The position numbers were made by a program, and so were the translations under genes. Shown here piece after piece: positions 45,494 through 54,519 of a stretch of DNA of 64,000 nucleotides (positions within the stretch are counted from its first letter, which is position 1; every line of letters starts with the position of its first letter). The stretch is from Candidatus Saccharimonadia bacterium. GTDB lineage: Bacteria > Patescibacteriota > Saccharimonadia > Saccharimonadales > Saccharimonadaceae. The DNA lies in contig JALRDA010000131.1 in the NCBI GenBank assembly GCA_023257145.1, positions 4,451 to 68,450 on the forward strand. Direction: 5' to 3'. The notes under the pieces are model-generated. The model was given only the letters and a program-made list of their open reading frames with translations, did not search any database and had not been told where the DNA came from.

Positions 45494-46246
45494 ATGCACG
45501 AAAATAATCCACCATCACACCAGCCCAAGGAAAAAGGGTACCATCTGCCGCACTACAAAGATTCTGAACTGCCATCAGCAATGAAGTATCCTAGCCCCTG
45601 GGATGTAGCGCCTGAAAACCTCCCCGATTTGGCAACAATAGCACCGCTCGATAAGCGAGCTGCAAGTGACCCGGAAATGATTCAGTTAATTCAGACGTAT
45701 AATGCATCGCCGGGCCATCTTCCCGAGACGCCTAGTCGCGCATTGCTACAGTCGTTACCGAACAATAATCCAGATACACCCCAAGAAATTATAGCCTCTA
45801 TGGCGACCTACGATGAACGTAGTAACGGCGTCGTTTATTTGCGAGCTGACAAGTTTGTTTATGCGCCAGAGCTTCGCGACTTTACGAATGGGCGCGATTC
45901 ACCCAAGAATGGCCGGCCAAGTAAGTACTGGATTAATAAGTATCGCGAGATGCCATATCAAACAATGCCGCCAATAAAGCAGACCATTGCGTACTACGAG
46001 GAACTTAGCGGTAAGACCTACTACGCACTTGTCGATGATGGCGCGCACAGTCTTGCTGGAGCGGTGGCGCGGGGTGATGAGTACATTCCGGCGGCATCTG
46101 TGTCATTTGTTCGCCTTCAGACAAATGTCATTTCAGAACAGCTTGATCAGTTGTCGGCAGCTGAACAAGAGGCAAAGCCCACTCATCGAAGTTTTGGTGC
46201 GAGTATTTTGCATTGCCTGGGTGTTCGAAAGCCTGGTCGCGACTAG
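45494..46246 (+). CDS. Hypothetical 250-aa protein occupying the usual pyrH position
   Basis: Long ORF with none of the UMP-kinase N-terminal motif I would expect (roughly KRVLLK.SGE). The segment YYALVDDGAHSLAGAVARGDEYIP weakly resembles the ParB/Srx DGHHR core. Confidence 0.45.
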   Translation: MHENNPPSHQPKEKGYHLPHYKDSELPSAMKYPSPWDVAPENLPDLATIAPLDKRAASDPEMIQLIQTYNASPGHLPETPSRALLQSLPNNNPDTPQEIIASMATYDERSNGVVYLRADKFVYAPELRDFTNGRDSPKNGRPSKYWINKYREMPYQTMPPIKQTIAYYEELSGKTYYALVDDGAHSLAGAVARGDEYIPAASVSFVRLQTNVISEQLDQLSAAEQEAKPTHRSFGASILHCLGVRKPGRD

Positions 46247-46344
46247 TCATCGTGTTTATAGTTGCAACCTGCGTATATATCGTTTTTACTAAGATATAGA
46301 GCGACGGTTTGCCACGGAATATATTTTCGTGCCGGCGCTAGAAA

Positions 46345-46695
46345 GTGGTGGCTGTTTTGGAGGTTGTACGTATACCGAGTAGTCTTGATTCAAGCCGAAA
46401 GGTGCAAGCGCGATTTACCGAACTTGGGTATAGCGAAGGTGATCGAACATTCGAGTACCAATTAGATTGTGATGGTCTGGAAGGTAAAGATTCGCCGCAA
46501 CTGTTCTTGGTTTCGATCCCGATCGAAGATGCGAATGAGCCGTCTCGGCTTGCAGGGGTGCAGCAGTCCAGCGTCATCTTGAACGAGGCTAAGACTGCTC
46601 CGGCGTTCTTGCTTTTGAGGAGTGGAATGATGGTCGCATGCACAAATGTACGCGTTCGCGGTAATTCGCATTCGGCCGCAATGCAGTCTAGATGA
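46345..46695 (+). CDS. Doubtful ORF (116 aa); may instead be part of a non-coding transcript
   Basis: It has a GTG start and no obvious SD. The opposite strand is also open (46338-46763). The region ends in tandem terminators. Confidence 0.25.
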   Translation: MVAVLEVVRIPSSLDSSRKVQARFTELGYSEGDRTFEYQLDCDGLEGKDSPQLFLVSIPIEDANEPSRLAGVQQSSVILNEAKTAPAFLLLRSGMMVACTNVRVRGNSHSAAMQSR

Positions 46696-46716
46696 CTATT
46701 TATTTTGCTTTGAAGT

Positions 46717-46768
46717 TGAGCTCGCCCCGTCAGGGTTTGAATGCTCCTTCGGGGCGAGCTCACTTTTT
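46717..46768 (+). terminator. Strong intrinsic terminator (first of a tandem pair)
   Basis: A 12-bp stem tgagctcgcccc/ggggcgagctca is followed by ctttttat. Confidence 0.8.
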
Positions 46769-46770
46769 AT

Positions 46771-46794
46771 ACACCGCTATGGCGGTGTTTTTTG
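46771..46794 (+). terminator. Second intrinsic terminator of the tandem pair
   Basis: The stem acaccgc/gcggtgt with a 4-nt loop is followed by tttttt. A TATAAT box follows at about 46795. Confidence 0.7.
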
Positions 46795-46827
46795 CTATAA
46801 TAACAACAGACTAAAACGAGGAAATGT

Positions 46828-47382
46828 ATGTTTGATACCGATACGTATGAATTAAAAATGGCAGGTGCGCTTGAGCACTTTGAGGAAGAATTAAAGAAAG
46901 TCCGCACTGGGCGTTCACATCCAAGCATGCTTGAGGGCATTAAAGTTGAGGCCTATGGTGTACTGACACCGCTTAACCAAGTTTCAAATATCACCGCTCC
47001 GGAACCACAAATGTTGCAGGTGACGCCGTTCGATCCGAGCAATGTGCAGTTGATTGTCGGCGCGATTCGCGCTGACCAATCTTTGGGCTTTAATCCAAGT
47101 GATGACGGCCGCATTATCCGCGTGCCTGTCCCTCCACTTACAGAGGAGCGACGTAAGCAGCTTGTTAAACAGACGGGTGATAAGGTTGAAGAGACTCGCA
47201 TTGCGCTACGTAACGTTCGCCAAGATGCACTAAAAGATGCCAAGCGCAAAAAAGATGCCAAGGAACTATCAGAGGATGATGTGAAGCGCGTTGAAAAAGA
47301 AATCGACAAGCTTATGGCCGACTACCAGGCAAAGATCGAGGCGACTTTTGCTGCTAAAGAGAAGGATATTCTTACAATCTAA
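46828..47382 (+). CDS. frr: Ribosome recycling factor
   Basis: The sequences ..F.EEL.KVRTGR..PSML..I.V..YG...PL.Q...I..PE...L.V.PFD and LTEERRK.LVK are typical of RRF. Confidence 0.95.
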   Translation: MFDTDTYELKMAGALEHFEEELKKVRTGRSHPSMLEGIKVEAYGVLTPLNQVSNITAPEPQMLQVTPFDPSNVQLIVGAIRADQSLGFNPSDDGRIIRVPVPPLTEERRKQLVKQTGDKVEETRIALRNVRQDALKDAKRKKDAKELSEDDVKRVEKEIDKLMADYQAKIEATFAAKEKDILTI

Positions 47383-47777
47383 TGACGATCGTTCGGCGTT
47401 TCCAGGAACTTGGTTTGCCAGCAGACCAATGTGTCGTTATTGGCAGCGGTATTCTAGATGCGCTAGGACTACGTGAGAGCGATGATATTGATCTTGTCGT
47501 ATCTTCTGACGTATTTGCGACTTTACAAGCTGATGGCAGTTGGACGGCCAAAGAAAAGCATAATGACATAGTGCTTCTTAAGGACGACGCCGAAGTCTGG
47601 CAAGATTGGGGTGCGGACGAAGAGGCAAGCTTTTTGAGTCTTTATGAAAACAGCGTTATCATTGACGGCGTGCATTTTGTGAACCCACAGTTTTTACTTG
47701 CGTGGAAAAAGCAGCAAAGCCGCGAAAAAGACGTGAAGGACATTCAGTTGTTAGAGGAGTACTTGCGTCGTGGCTGA
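47382..47777 (+). CDS. Minimal nucleotidyltransferase-fold protein (pol-beta-type GS..DxD motif)
   Basis: The motif VIGSGILDALGLRESDDIDLVV is present. The start overlaps the frr stop (TAATG) and the end overlaps the uppS GTG start. Confidence 0.55.
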   Translation: MTIVRRFQELGLPADQCVVIGSGILDALGLRESDDIDLVVSSDVFATLQADGSWTAKEKHNDIVLLKDDAEVWQDWGADEEASFLSLYENSVIIDGVHFVNPQFLLAWKKQQSREKDVKDIQLLEEYLRRG

Positions 47778-48465
47778 TCAGTTGGTGACACCAAATCATA
47801 TTGGCTTCATTGTCGACGGCAACCGCCGCTGGGCGAAGGAGCATGGCTTGCCAGCCTATGAAGGTCACTTAGCAGGCTATGATGCTTTGAAAGAGGTGGC
47901 CTTTGCGACGCTAAAAGCTGGTGTGCCGTATGCTTCGGCGTACGTGTTTTCGACTGAAAATTGGAAACGCAGCGAAGATGAAGTTGGCAAGCTGATGAAT
48001 TTAATCATGCATGCATTTAAGGTTGACCTAAAGACGTTCATCGATAACAATGTTCAGCTGCGAATTATTGGTTCGCGTGAACGACTGAGTGACAAAGTCA
48101 AAAAGGTGTTAGATCAGGCAGAGGCAAAAACTGCTCATATGACCGGTGGTGTATTTATCCTATGTCTTAACTATGGCGGTCAAGCAGAGATTGCGGATGC
48201 GTGCAAAAAAATTGTTCAGTCGGGCATTCAGGCAGATGCGGTTACCCCCGAGCTAATCGAGCAGAATCTTTATGCTCCAGACATTCCGCCTATTGATATC
48301 GTGGTTCGAACGAGCGGGGAGCAACGACTTAGTAACTTTATGCTATGGCGTGCTGCTTATAGTGAATTTCTATTCCTCGAAAAATTCTGGCCCGACATGA
48401 CAAAACAGGATGTCACGGGTATACTAGAAGAATATTCACGGCGTAGCCGACGATTTGGAGGGTAA
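47770..48465 (+). CDS. uppS: Undecaprenyl-diphosphate synthase (cis-isoprenyl transferase)
   Basis: Motifs HIGFIVDGNRRWA, FSTENW.R and RTSGEQRLSNFMLW..AYSEF are present. Confidence 0.93.
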   Translation: MADQLVTPNHIGFIVDGNRRWAKEHGLPAYEGHLAGYDALKEVAFATLKAGVPYASAYVFSTENWKRSEDEVGKLMNLIMHAFKVDLKTFIDNNVQLRIIGSRERLSDKVKKVLDQAEAKTAHMTGGVFILCLNYGGQAEIADACKKIVQSGIQADAVTPELIEQNLYAPDIPPIDIVVRTSGEQRLSNFMLWRAAYSEFLFLEKFWPDMTKQDVTGILEEYSRRSRRFGG

Positions 48466-49608
48466 ATGGAATTAATTTTTGGGATCATAGTTGGTGTATT
48501 AATCCTGGTTTTTTTAGTGTCAGTACACGAACTGGGGCATGCAATTTTTGCTCAACGTAACGGCGTCGTAGTCGAAGAATTTGGCATAGGTTTTCCTCCG
48601 CGCGCGTGGGGAAAAAAGTTGAAGAACGGTATTTTGTTCACACTCAACTGGCTACCGTTAGGTGGATTTGTGCGATTACAGGGCGAGCACGACTCGGCGA
48701 ATAAAAAAGGTGATTACGGTGCAGCAACGTACTGGCAAAAAACAAGGATTTTGCTTGCCGGTGTGTTGATCAACTGGCTTGTGGCTGTCTTGTTGCTAAC
48801 CGTACTCGCATGGACTGGTCTACCAAAGATTTTACCTAATCAATTTTCGATTGCAAGTGATACGACTATTGTTAAAAAGCCAATTGAACTAACGCTCGTG
48901 GCAGCGGATTCTCCGGCTGCGAAAGCTGGACTGCAGTCTGGCGATCAAATCCTCCGTTTTGGTGGCGAGGTGACGAGTACTTCCGAGGATCTATCTAAGG
49001 CAACTAAAGCCAATAAAGGCAAGACGGTCGAAGTGATTTACTCGCGCGACGGCGTTGAAGCACGAAAGAGTGTTACGCTGCGGTCTGATGCAGAAAAGGG
49101 GTACCTTGGCGTCAGTTCGAGTCAGCGTCAGTTAATTCAGGCAAGTTGGTCGGCACCAATTGTCGGTGTTGCGACTACAGCGCAGTTTACATATGTGACG
49201 CTGCAGGGGCTTGGAAACTTGTTCACTGACTTTACAAAAGGCGTGTTCCTGCAGTTTAGTCCTAGTGAAACAACACGCCAAGAGGCGGGTGAAAGTCTAG
49301 AGAAGGCTGGAAATAGCGTCGCAGGTCCGATCGGTATTCTGGGTACGATTTTCCCGGCTGCTGAACAGGCTGGTTTGACACAGCTAACTTTCCTGACGGC
49401 GATCATATCATTGACACTGGCTGTAATGAACGCACTGCCGATACCTGCGTTAGATGGCGGACGATGGTTTACGATGACAATTTTCCGGTTACTTAAGAAG
49501 CCGCTCACTAAAGAGCGTGAAGAGAAAATTCAGACTGTCGGTTTTATGATTTTAATGGGCTTAATAGTAGTGGTGACGATTGCAGATGTCAGTAAATTCT
49601 TTAAATAA
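48466..49608 (+). CDS. rseP: RIP site-2 metalloprotease (M50, RseP family) with a PDZ domain
   Basis: HELGHA lies in TM1, with a PDZ segment (SPAAKAGLQSGDQI) and a C-terminal NALPIPALDGG motif. Confidence 0.88.
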   Translation: MELIFGIIVGVLILVFLVSVHELGHAIFAQRNGVVVEEFGIGFPPRAWGKKLKNGILFTLNWLPLGGFVRLQGEHDSANKKGDYGAATYWQKTRILLAGVLINWLVAVLLLTVLAWTGLPKILPNQFSIASDTTIVKKPIELTLVAADSPAAKAGLQSGDQILRFGGEVTSTSEDLSKATKANKGKTVEVIYSRDGVEARKSVTLRSDAEKGYLGVSSSQRQLIQASWSAPIVGVATTAQFTYVTLQGLGNLFTDFTKGVFLQFSPSETTRQEAGESLEKAGNSVAGPIGILGTIFPAAEQAGLTQLTFLTAIISLTLAVMNALPIPALDGGRWFTMTIFRLLKKPLTKEREEKIQTVGFMILMGLIVVVTIADVSKFFK

Positions 49609-50401
49609 GTCAGAAGCGCAGGCTGTTGAAGCCGGTGGTGTCTCGCGAAACCGTAACTGGTGGGCGATTGTTGCGTTGCCGTTCTGGGTGTTTGGTTGCT
49701 TTATCTTTGCCCAAGTGGTTGTTGTTGCACTATTGGCTGGTTTGCAGGGGATTGGGGTAGGTTTCGAGGGCGTCAATGTATCTGTCCTTGAGACGGTAGG
49801 TGCTGCCGTTATCTATCTGCTGTGTTTTGGTTTGATTGTTGGGTTGCCTTGGGCTGTGAAGCGATATCGAACAGATCGTAGTGATCTTGGTATTGCACGA
49901 TTGCCGTCGTGGATGGATCTTGGTTTGGCGCCAGCGGGGTTTGTCGTCTACTTGCTCGCTTCAGGGGTTATAATGTACGTTGTTGCGCAATTGGTGCCTG
50001 GATTCAACGCAGGGGAACGTCAGGAAATTGGGTTCCAGAATTTGTCCCATAGCTACGAGTACATCTTGGCATTTATTACGCTTGTTGTTGTCGCACCGAT
50101 TGCTGAAGAGGCGATATTTCGCGGCTATTTGTATGGAAAATTACGCAAAGCGGCGCCGGTTTGGGCGTCTATACTCGTCACAAGTCTCTTGTTTGGGGCA
50201 TTGCATATGAAGTGGGATGGTAATTTACTAGCGGGCGTAAATGTCGGCATCGACGTCTTTATCCTGAGTATTGTGATGTGTAGCCTGCGTGAAATCACCG
50301 GCAGTATTTGGACCGGAGTTTTGCTCCATATGATGAAAAATGGTTTAGCATATTATCTTCTCTTTATTAATACGTCCTTATTGACTACAATGGGTGGGTA
50401 A
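49586..50401 (+). CDS. CPBP-family intramembrane glutamic endopeptidase (CAAX protease type)
   Basis: Motifs APIAEEAIFRGYLY, FGALH and HMMKN are present among TM helices. Confidence 0.85.
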   Translation: MSVNSLNKSEAQAVEAGGVSRNRNWWAIVALPFWVFGCFIFAQVVVVALLAGLQGIGVGFEGVNVSVLETVGAAVIYLLCFGLIVGLPWAVKRYRTDRSDLGIARLPSWMDLGLAPAGFVVYLLASGVIMYVVAQLVPGFNAGERQEIGFQNLSHSYEYILAFITLVVVAPIAEEAIFRGYLYGKLRKAAPVWASILVTSLLFGALHMKWDGNLLAGVNVGIDVFILSIVMCSLREITGSIWTGVLLHMMKNGLAYYLLFINTSLLTTMGG

Positions 50402-50501
50402 TGATGTCGATTATTCCATCTTTTCTTTATCAATTGCCGCTTGGTCGGTAGTTTCTTTTAATACCTAGCACACAGAAAAACTAATTCAGGAGAGAGATCT
50501 T

Positions 50502-51746
50502 ATGCGAGTATCAAAATTATTCACTAAAACAAGTAAAACAGCACCAGCGGATGAAGTGGCAAAAAATGCACAGTTGTTGATTCGCGCTGGGTATATACAC
50601 AAGGAAATGGCCGGTGTATATGACTACTTGCCACTTGGAAAAATCGTTTTGAATAAAATCATAGACATCATCCGAGAAGAAATGAACGCTATTGGTGGAA
50701 ACGAACTGAGTCTTACGGCTTTGCAGCAAAAAGATGCCTGGGAGGCGTCCGGACGATGGAACGATCAGGTGATGGATGTATGGTTCAAGACGAAGCTTGC
50801 GAGTGGCAGCGAATTAGGCTTGGCGCCAACGCACGAAGAGCCTCTGACAAAACTGATGAAGAGTTTTATTAGTAGCTATAAAGATCTACCTGTCTACCCG
50901 TATCAATTCCAAATCAAGTTCCGTAACGAGCTTCGCAGTAAAAGCGGGCTGATGCGTGGACGAGAGTTTTGGATGAAAGACTTGTACAGCTTTAGTCGAA
51001 CTCAAGAAGAACACGATCAATTCTATGAAACTATTAGTTTAGCGTACGATCGTGTGTACGATCGCCTTGGTCTTGGCGATATTACCTACAAGACATTTGC
51101 CAGTGGTGGTAGCTTTGCAAAGTACAGTCATGAATTCCAGACGCTTAGCCCAGTTGGCGAGGACAAGATCTATGTGCATGAGGCTAAAAAGATTGCAATT
51201 AACGAAGAGGTATACAACGATGAGGTGCTTGCTGACCTTGGGGTGACACGCGACGAGTTGACGGAGCGTACCGCCGTAGAAGTGGGGAATATCTTTACGC
51301 TCGGTACGAAGTTTTCTGATGCGCTTGATTTGAATTATACAGACGAGGACGGCACTAGTAAGCGTGTTGTTATGGGTAGTTATGGCATCGGTCCAAGTCG
51401 CGTCATGGGGCTAATTGCCGAACATTTTAGCGACGACAAGGGGCTAGTCTGGCCTGAAAACGTCGCACCATTCCGCGTCTATCTGGTGCGCATCGGCGGC
51501 GAACAGGCAGTTGCTCATGCTGATGCACTGTACGATGAGTTAAGTGCAAAGGGGATTGAAGTTTTATACGACGATCGAGATGAGCGCCCAGGAGCGAAAT
51601 TTGCAGATGCTGAACTAATGGGTATACCATACCGAGTGACCGTGAGCGATCGACTTATCGAGGCGGGGCAGTATGAGTTTACCCCTAGAACTGGCGGTGA
51701 AACCACTCTATTGACACGTGACGAGCTGCTTGATAAACTAAATTGA
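50502..51746 (+). CDS. proS: Proline--tRNA ligase (compact, lacking the INS editing domain)
   Basis: The N-terminus MRVSKLF.KT.K..P.DE....AQLLIRAGYI and motif 2 FRNELRSKSGLMRGREFWMKDLYSF are present, with a C-terminal anticodon-binding domain. Only about 40 aa lie where the INS domain would be. Confidence 0.88.
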   Translation: MRVSKLFTKTSKTAPADEVAKNAQLLIRAGYIHKEMAGVYDYLPLGKIVLNKIIDIIREEMNAIGGNELSLTALQQKDAWEASGRWNDQVMDVWFKTKLASGSELGLAPTHEEPLTKLMKSFISSYKDLPVYPYQFQIKFRNELRSKSGLMRGREFWMKDLYSFSRTQEEHDQFYETISLAYDRVYDRLGLGDITYKTFASGGSFAKYSHEFQTLSPVGEDKIYVHEAKKIAINEEVYNDEVLADLGVTRDELTERTAVEVGNIFTLGTKFSDALDLNYTDEDGTSKRVVMGSYGIGPSRVMGLIAEHFSDDKGLVWPENVAPFRVYLVRIGGEQAVAHADALYDELSAKGIEVLYDDRDERPGAKFADAELMGIPYRVTVSDRLIEAGQYEFTPRTGGETTLLTRDELLDKLN

Positions 51747-51842
51747 CTGTAAGAAACTTCAGGAGGGTTACGCTATATATAGCGTTTTAAAATATATAAA
51801 AGCCCCATATAATGGAATTAGATCAATTTAGAGGATAAACGT

Positions 51843-52298
51843 ATGAAAAAAATGTATCAAATTACCGACGAAGGTAAAAAAGAACTTGAAACAGAACTGG
51901 CTGAGTTAGTCGGACGCCGCGGCGCTATTGCTGACAAAATTGCCGAAGCGCGAGATTTCGGTGACCTAAGCGAGAACGCTGAATATGACAGCGCCCGCGA
52001 AGAGCAAGGGCTTGTTGAAAGTCGTATCGCTGAAATCGAAGATATTCTTTTGAATGCGGAGCTGATCAAAGCTGAAAAAAGCTCAAATGTTATCTTGGGA
52101 AGCAAGGTAGAGCTAATGTCAGGCAAGAAGACGACGACATATTCAGTCGTTGGCCCTGTTGAAGCAAACCCGCTCGAGGGAAAGATCAGTAACGAATCTC
52201 CACTAGGTGAAGCACTGATGGGTAAAAAAGTTGGCGACAGCGCAACAATTACAACTCAAAAGGGTGAAATTACGTACGAAATCGTAAAAATAGGCTAG
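51843..52298 (+). CDS. greA: Transcription elongation factor GreA
   Basis: Motifs A...GDLSENAEYD.AREEQ and the C-terminal S..SPLG.AL.GKKVGD are present. Confidence 0.93.
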   Translation: MKKMYQITDEGKKELETELAELVGRRGAIADKIAEARDFGDLSENAEYDSAREEQGLVESRIAEIEDILLNAELIKAEKSSNVILGSKVELMSGKKTTTYSVVGPVEANPLEGKISNESPLGEALMGKKVGDSATITTQKGEITYEIVKIG

Positions 52299-52316
52299 AC
52301 TATCCAGGCTGTATAA

Positions 52317-52345
52317 ACTCGCTCATTACAATGGGTGAGTTTTTA
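52317..52345 (+). terminator. Intrinsic terminator after greA
   Basis: The stem actcgctcat/atgggtgagt (with G-U pairs) is followed by ttttt. Confidence 0.55.
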
Positions 52346-52377
52346 ATTTGGCATAAATACGCTATACTGTAACAGAT

Positions 52378-53880
52378 ATGGCAACACTACAAGACTACCG
52401 CGATGAGCGATTACGAAAACTTGATGAACTTAAGGCGCTAGGGATTAATCCTTTCCCGGCCGAAAGTCATCGCACACATCACGCGGGTGCGATTTCTGCT
52501 GACTTTGAGCAACTTGAGGGTCAGACGGTGATTGTTGCAGGTCGCATTACGAGTATTCGTAAGTTCGGCAAACTGGCGTTTATTGTTATTAAAGACCAGA
52601 GTGGGCAAGTGCAACTGTTCCTACGAGCAGGTGAAGTTGCCGAGCTTGATGTGACTGCCGGCACGATCGGCATAAAAGAGCTGCCACTGCTTGATACGGG
52701 TGATTTTATTGAGGCTGCGGGTCCTGTCATCAAGACACAGACCGGTGAAATTTCGATTGCCGCAAATACCCTGCGACTACTGACAAAATCGCTACGTCCA
52801 ATGCCCACAGAACTGACAAACAAAGAAGAGCGTTTGCGTCGCCGGTACGTCGACATGAACGTCAATCAAGAGGTTCGTGAGCGTTTTGTGCGTCGGTCAA
52901 AATTTTGGCAGGCGACGCGTGATTACTTAAATCAAAACGGCTTTATAGAAGTTAATATTCCCGTGCTTGAACATACGACTGGTGGTGCGGACGCAAATCC
53001 CTTTGTCACGCACATGGACGCACTAGACCAAGATTTCTACCTTCGTATTAGTCACGAGCTACCATTGAAGCGATTAATTGGTGCTGGGTTTGAAAAAGTC
53101 TACGATCTAGGTCCTCGCTTCCGCAATGAAAATTATAGTGACGAACATCTTCCAGAGCACGTCGCGATGGAGTGGTACTGGGCGTACGCCAACTGGCAAG
53201 ATGGCATGAAGTTTATGGAAGGCATGTACAAACATGTGCTTCAGCAAACATTTGGCACTCTGCAGTTCAAGTTAGGTAAATTTGATATCGATATGAGCGG
53301 TGAGTGGGAAGTATGGGATTACGCCACGGTTATTAAAGAGAGATATGGGATTGACGTCTACGAGTCGTCGTTAGATGACGTGAAGCGTGCGCTAGCTGAT
53401 AACAAGCTCGAAGTCGAGCAGACGGAGAATCGTGCTCGCGGTATCGACAAGTTATGGAAAAACATCCGCAAAGATGTTGCTGGGCCAGTATGGCTAATCA
53501 ATACACCGAAATTTATTAGTCCACTTGCAAAATCAAATCCAGACAACGAACAGACGGTACAGCGATTCCAGCCGGTCATGGCCGGCTCTGAGCTAGGGAA
53601 TGGCTTCTCTGAATTAAATGACCCGGTTGATCAGCTAAATCGTTTCGTTGAGCAACAGAATATGCGCGAAGCGGGTGATGATGAAGCGATGATGCTTGAT
53701 ATAGATTTTGTCGAAATGCTGGAATATGGCATGCCACCCGCTTGCGGCTGGGGATATAGTGAGCGAGTATTCTGGATTTTCGAAGGCGTAACCGCCCGTG
53801 AAGGGGTACCGTTTCCGCAGTTGCGAACGGAATATGACAATACGACCCGCGAAATATACCCAGAAGTAAATCTGGACTAA
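52378..53880 (+). CDS. lysS: Lysine--tRNA ligase (class II)
   Basis: It has an OB-fold N-domain (GRI.SIRKFGKLAFI.I.D.SGQ.Q), RRRYVD, the motif 2 region FRNENYS.EHLPE and GWGYSER. Confidence 0.95.
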   Translation: MATLQDYRDERLRKLDELKALGINPFPAESHRTHHAGAISADFEQLEGQTVIVAGRITSIRKFGKLAFIVIKDQSGQVQLFLRAGEVAELDVTAGTIGIKELPLLDTGDFIEAAGPVIKTQTGEISIAANTLRLLTKSLRPMPTELTNKEERLRRRYVDMNVNQEVRERFVRRSKFWQATRDYLNQNGFIEVNIPVLEHTTGGADANPFVTHMDALDQDFYLRISHELPLKRLIGAGFEKVYDLGPRFRNENYSDEHLPEHVAMEWYWAYANWQDGMKFMEGMYKHVLQQTFGTLQFKLGKFDIDMSGEWEVWDYATVIKERYGIDVYESSLDDVKRALADNKLEVEQTENRARGIDKLWKNIRKDVAGPVWLINTPKFISPLAKSNPDNEQTVQRFQPVMAGSELGNGFSELNDPVDQLNRFVEQQNMREAGDDEAMMLDIDFVEMLEYGMPPACGWGYSERVFWIFEGVTAREGVPFPQLRTEYDNTTREIYPEVNLD

Positions 53881-53883
53881 CTA

Positions 53884-53911
53884 AAAGACCGACACACTGT
53901 CGGTCTTTTTT
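53884..53911. terminator. Bidirectional terminator between lysS and the DUF5663-like gene
   Basis: The stem gaccgac/gtcggtc with a 5-nt loop is flanked by an A-run and a T-run. Confidence 0.75.
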
Positions 53912-53927
53912 ATGAATAGCGTTGATG

Positions 53928-54224
53928 CTATTCTTCTTCTGTTTCGGCAATTTCACCAATAAGAATATCAATTTCGTTTTGGACGATCTCATGCATGTTG
54001 GGTATATGCTTTTCGAGCCATTCACCAAGCTCTTGTTCAGAGGCGTTTTCCTGCATATCAGCGAGCGTCTTAAGTTGGTCTTCGTCAAGTGATTCGGCAA
54101 TCTCTATGCCAACACGTTCTTGCAGCGTTTCGTTTAGGTGGTCGAGCAGGGCTTCGACATCCTCGCCCGTTAGATCAAAACCGAGTGCTTCGAGGGTGCT
54201 TTGCGTGATGTAAAAATGATTCAT
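53928..54224 (-). CDS. Small acidic helical protein, DUF5663-like (paralogue of 2820-3269)
   Basis: It shares the pattern L..LG.DL......LL.HL...L..RVG.......L...QL with 2820-3269. Confidence 0.5.
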   Translation of the reverse strand: MNHFYITQSTLEALGFDLTGEDVEALLDHLNETLQERVGIEIAESLDEDQLKTLADMQENASEQELGEWLEKHIPNMHEIVQNEIDILIGEIAETEEE

Positions 54225-54279
54225 AAATAAAATTCCGCCATTCGTTATTATGCTACTAGTATACGTGATTGATGGGTGA

Positions 54280-54519
54280 CTATGGCTGGTTTTCTAGGTG
54301 AAAGGTCGTATCTTCTTGGGCGAAATGTACAAGTGCTGCCTCGCCTAGTTTCGAAAGCGACAGACGCTCAACGAGCATTTGCTCGGCGCGGGCGGTTGGC
54401 CTGGTGAAATTTACTTCTTGGTGACCCTTTTGCTGGGTAAGCGTGTATTCGCCGATTTTATGTGCCGCAAACCTGGTTGCCGTAACGGGGTCGATAAGGG
54501 GGAGTGTTTCTTTTGTCAT
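54280..54519 (-). CDS. Small hypothetical protein (79 aa)
   Basis: ORF only. Confidence 0.35.
   Translation of the reverse strand: MTKETLPLIDPVTATRFAAHKIGEYTLTQQKGHQEVNFTRPTARAEQMLVERLSLSKLGEAALVHFAQEDTTFHLENQP

Noticed and set aside
46338-46763. A 141-aa minus-strand ORF.
   Set aside because: Its composition is Ser/Arg/Thr-rich. It runs against two strong + strand terminators and has no terminator of its own. The region is kept only as part of the ambiguous region reported in the findings.
53576-54100. A 174-aa minus-strand ORF overlapping the lysS 3' end, the bidirectional terminator and the DUF5663-like gene.
   Set aside because: It reads through a strong terminator hairpin and overlaps two better-supported genes.
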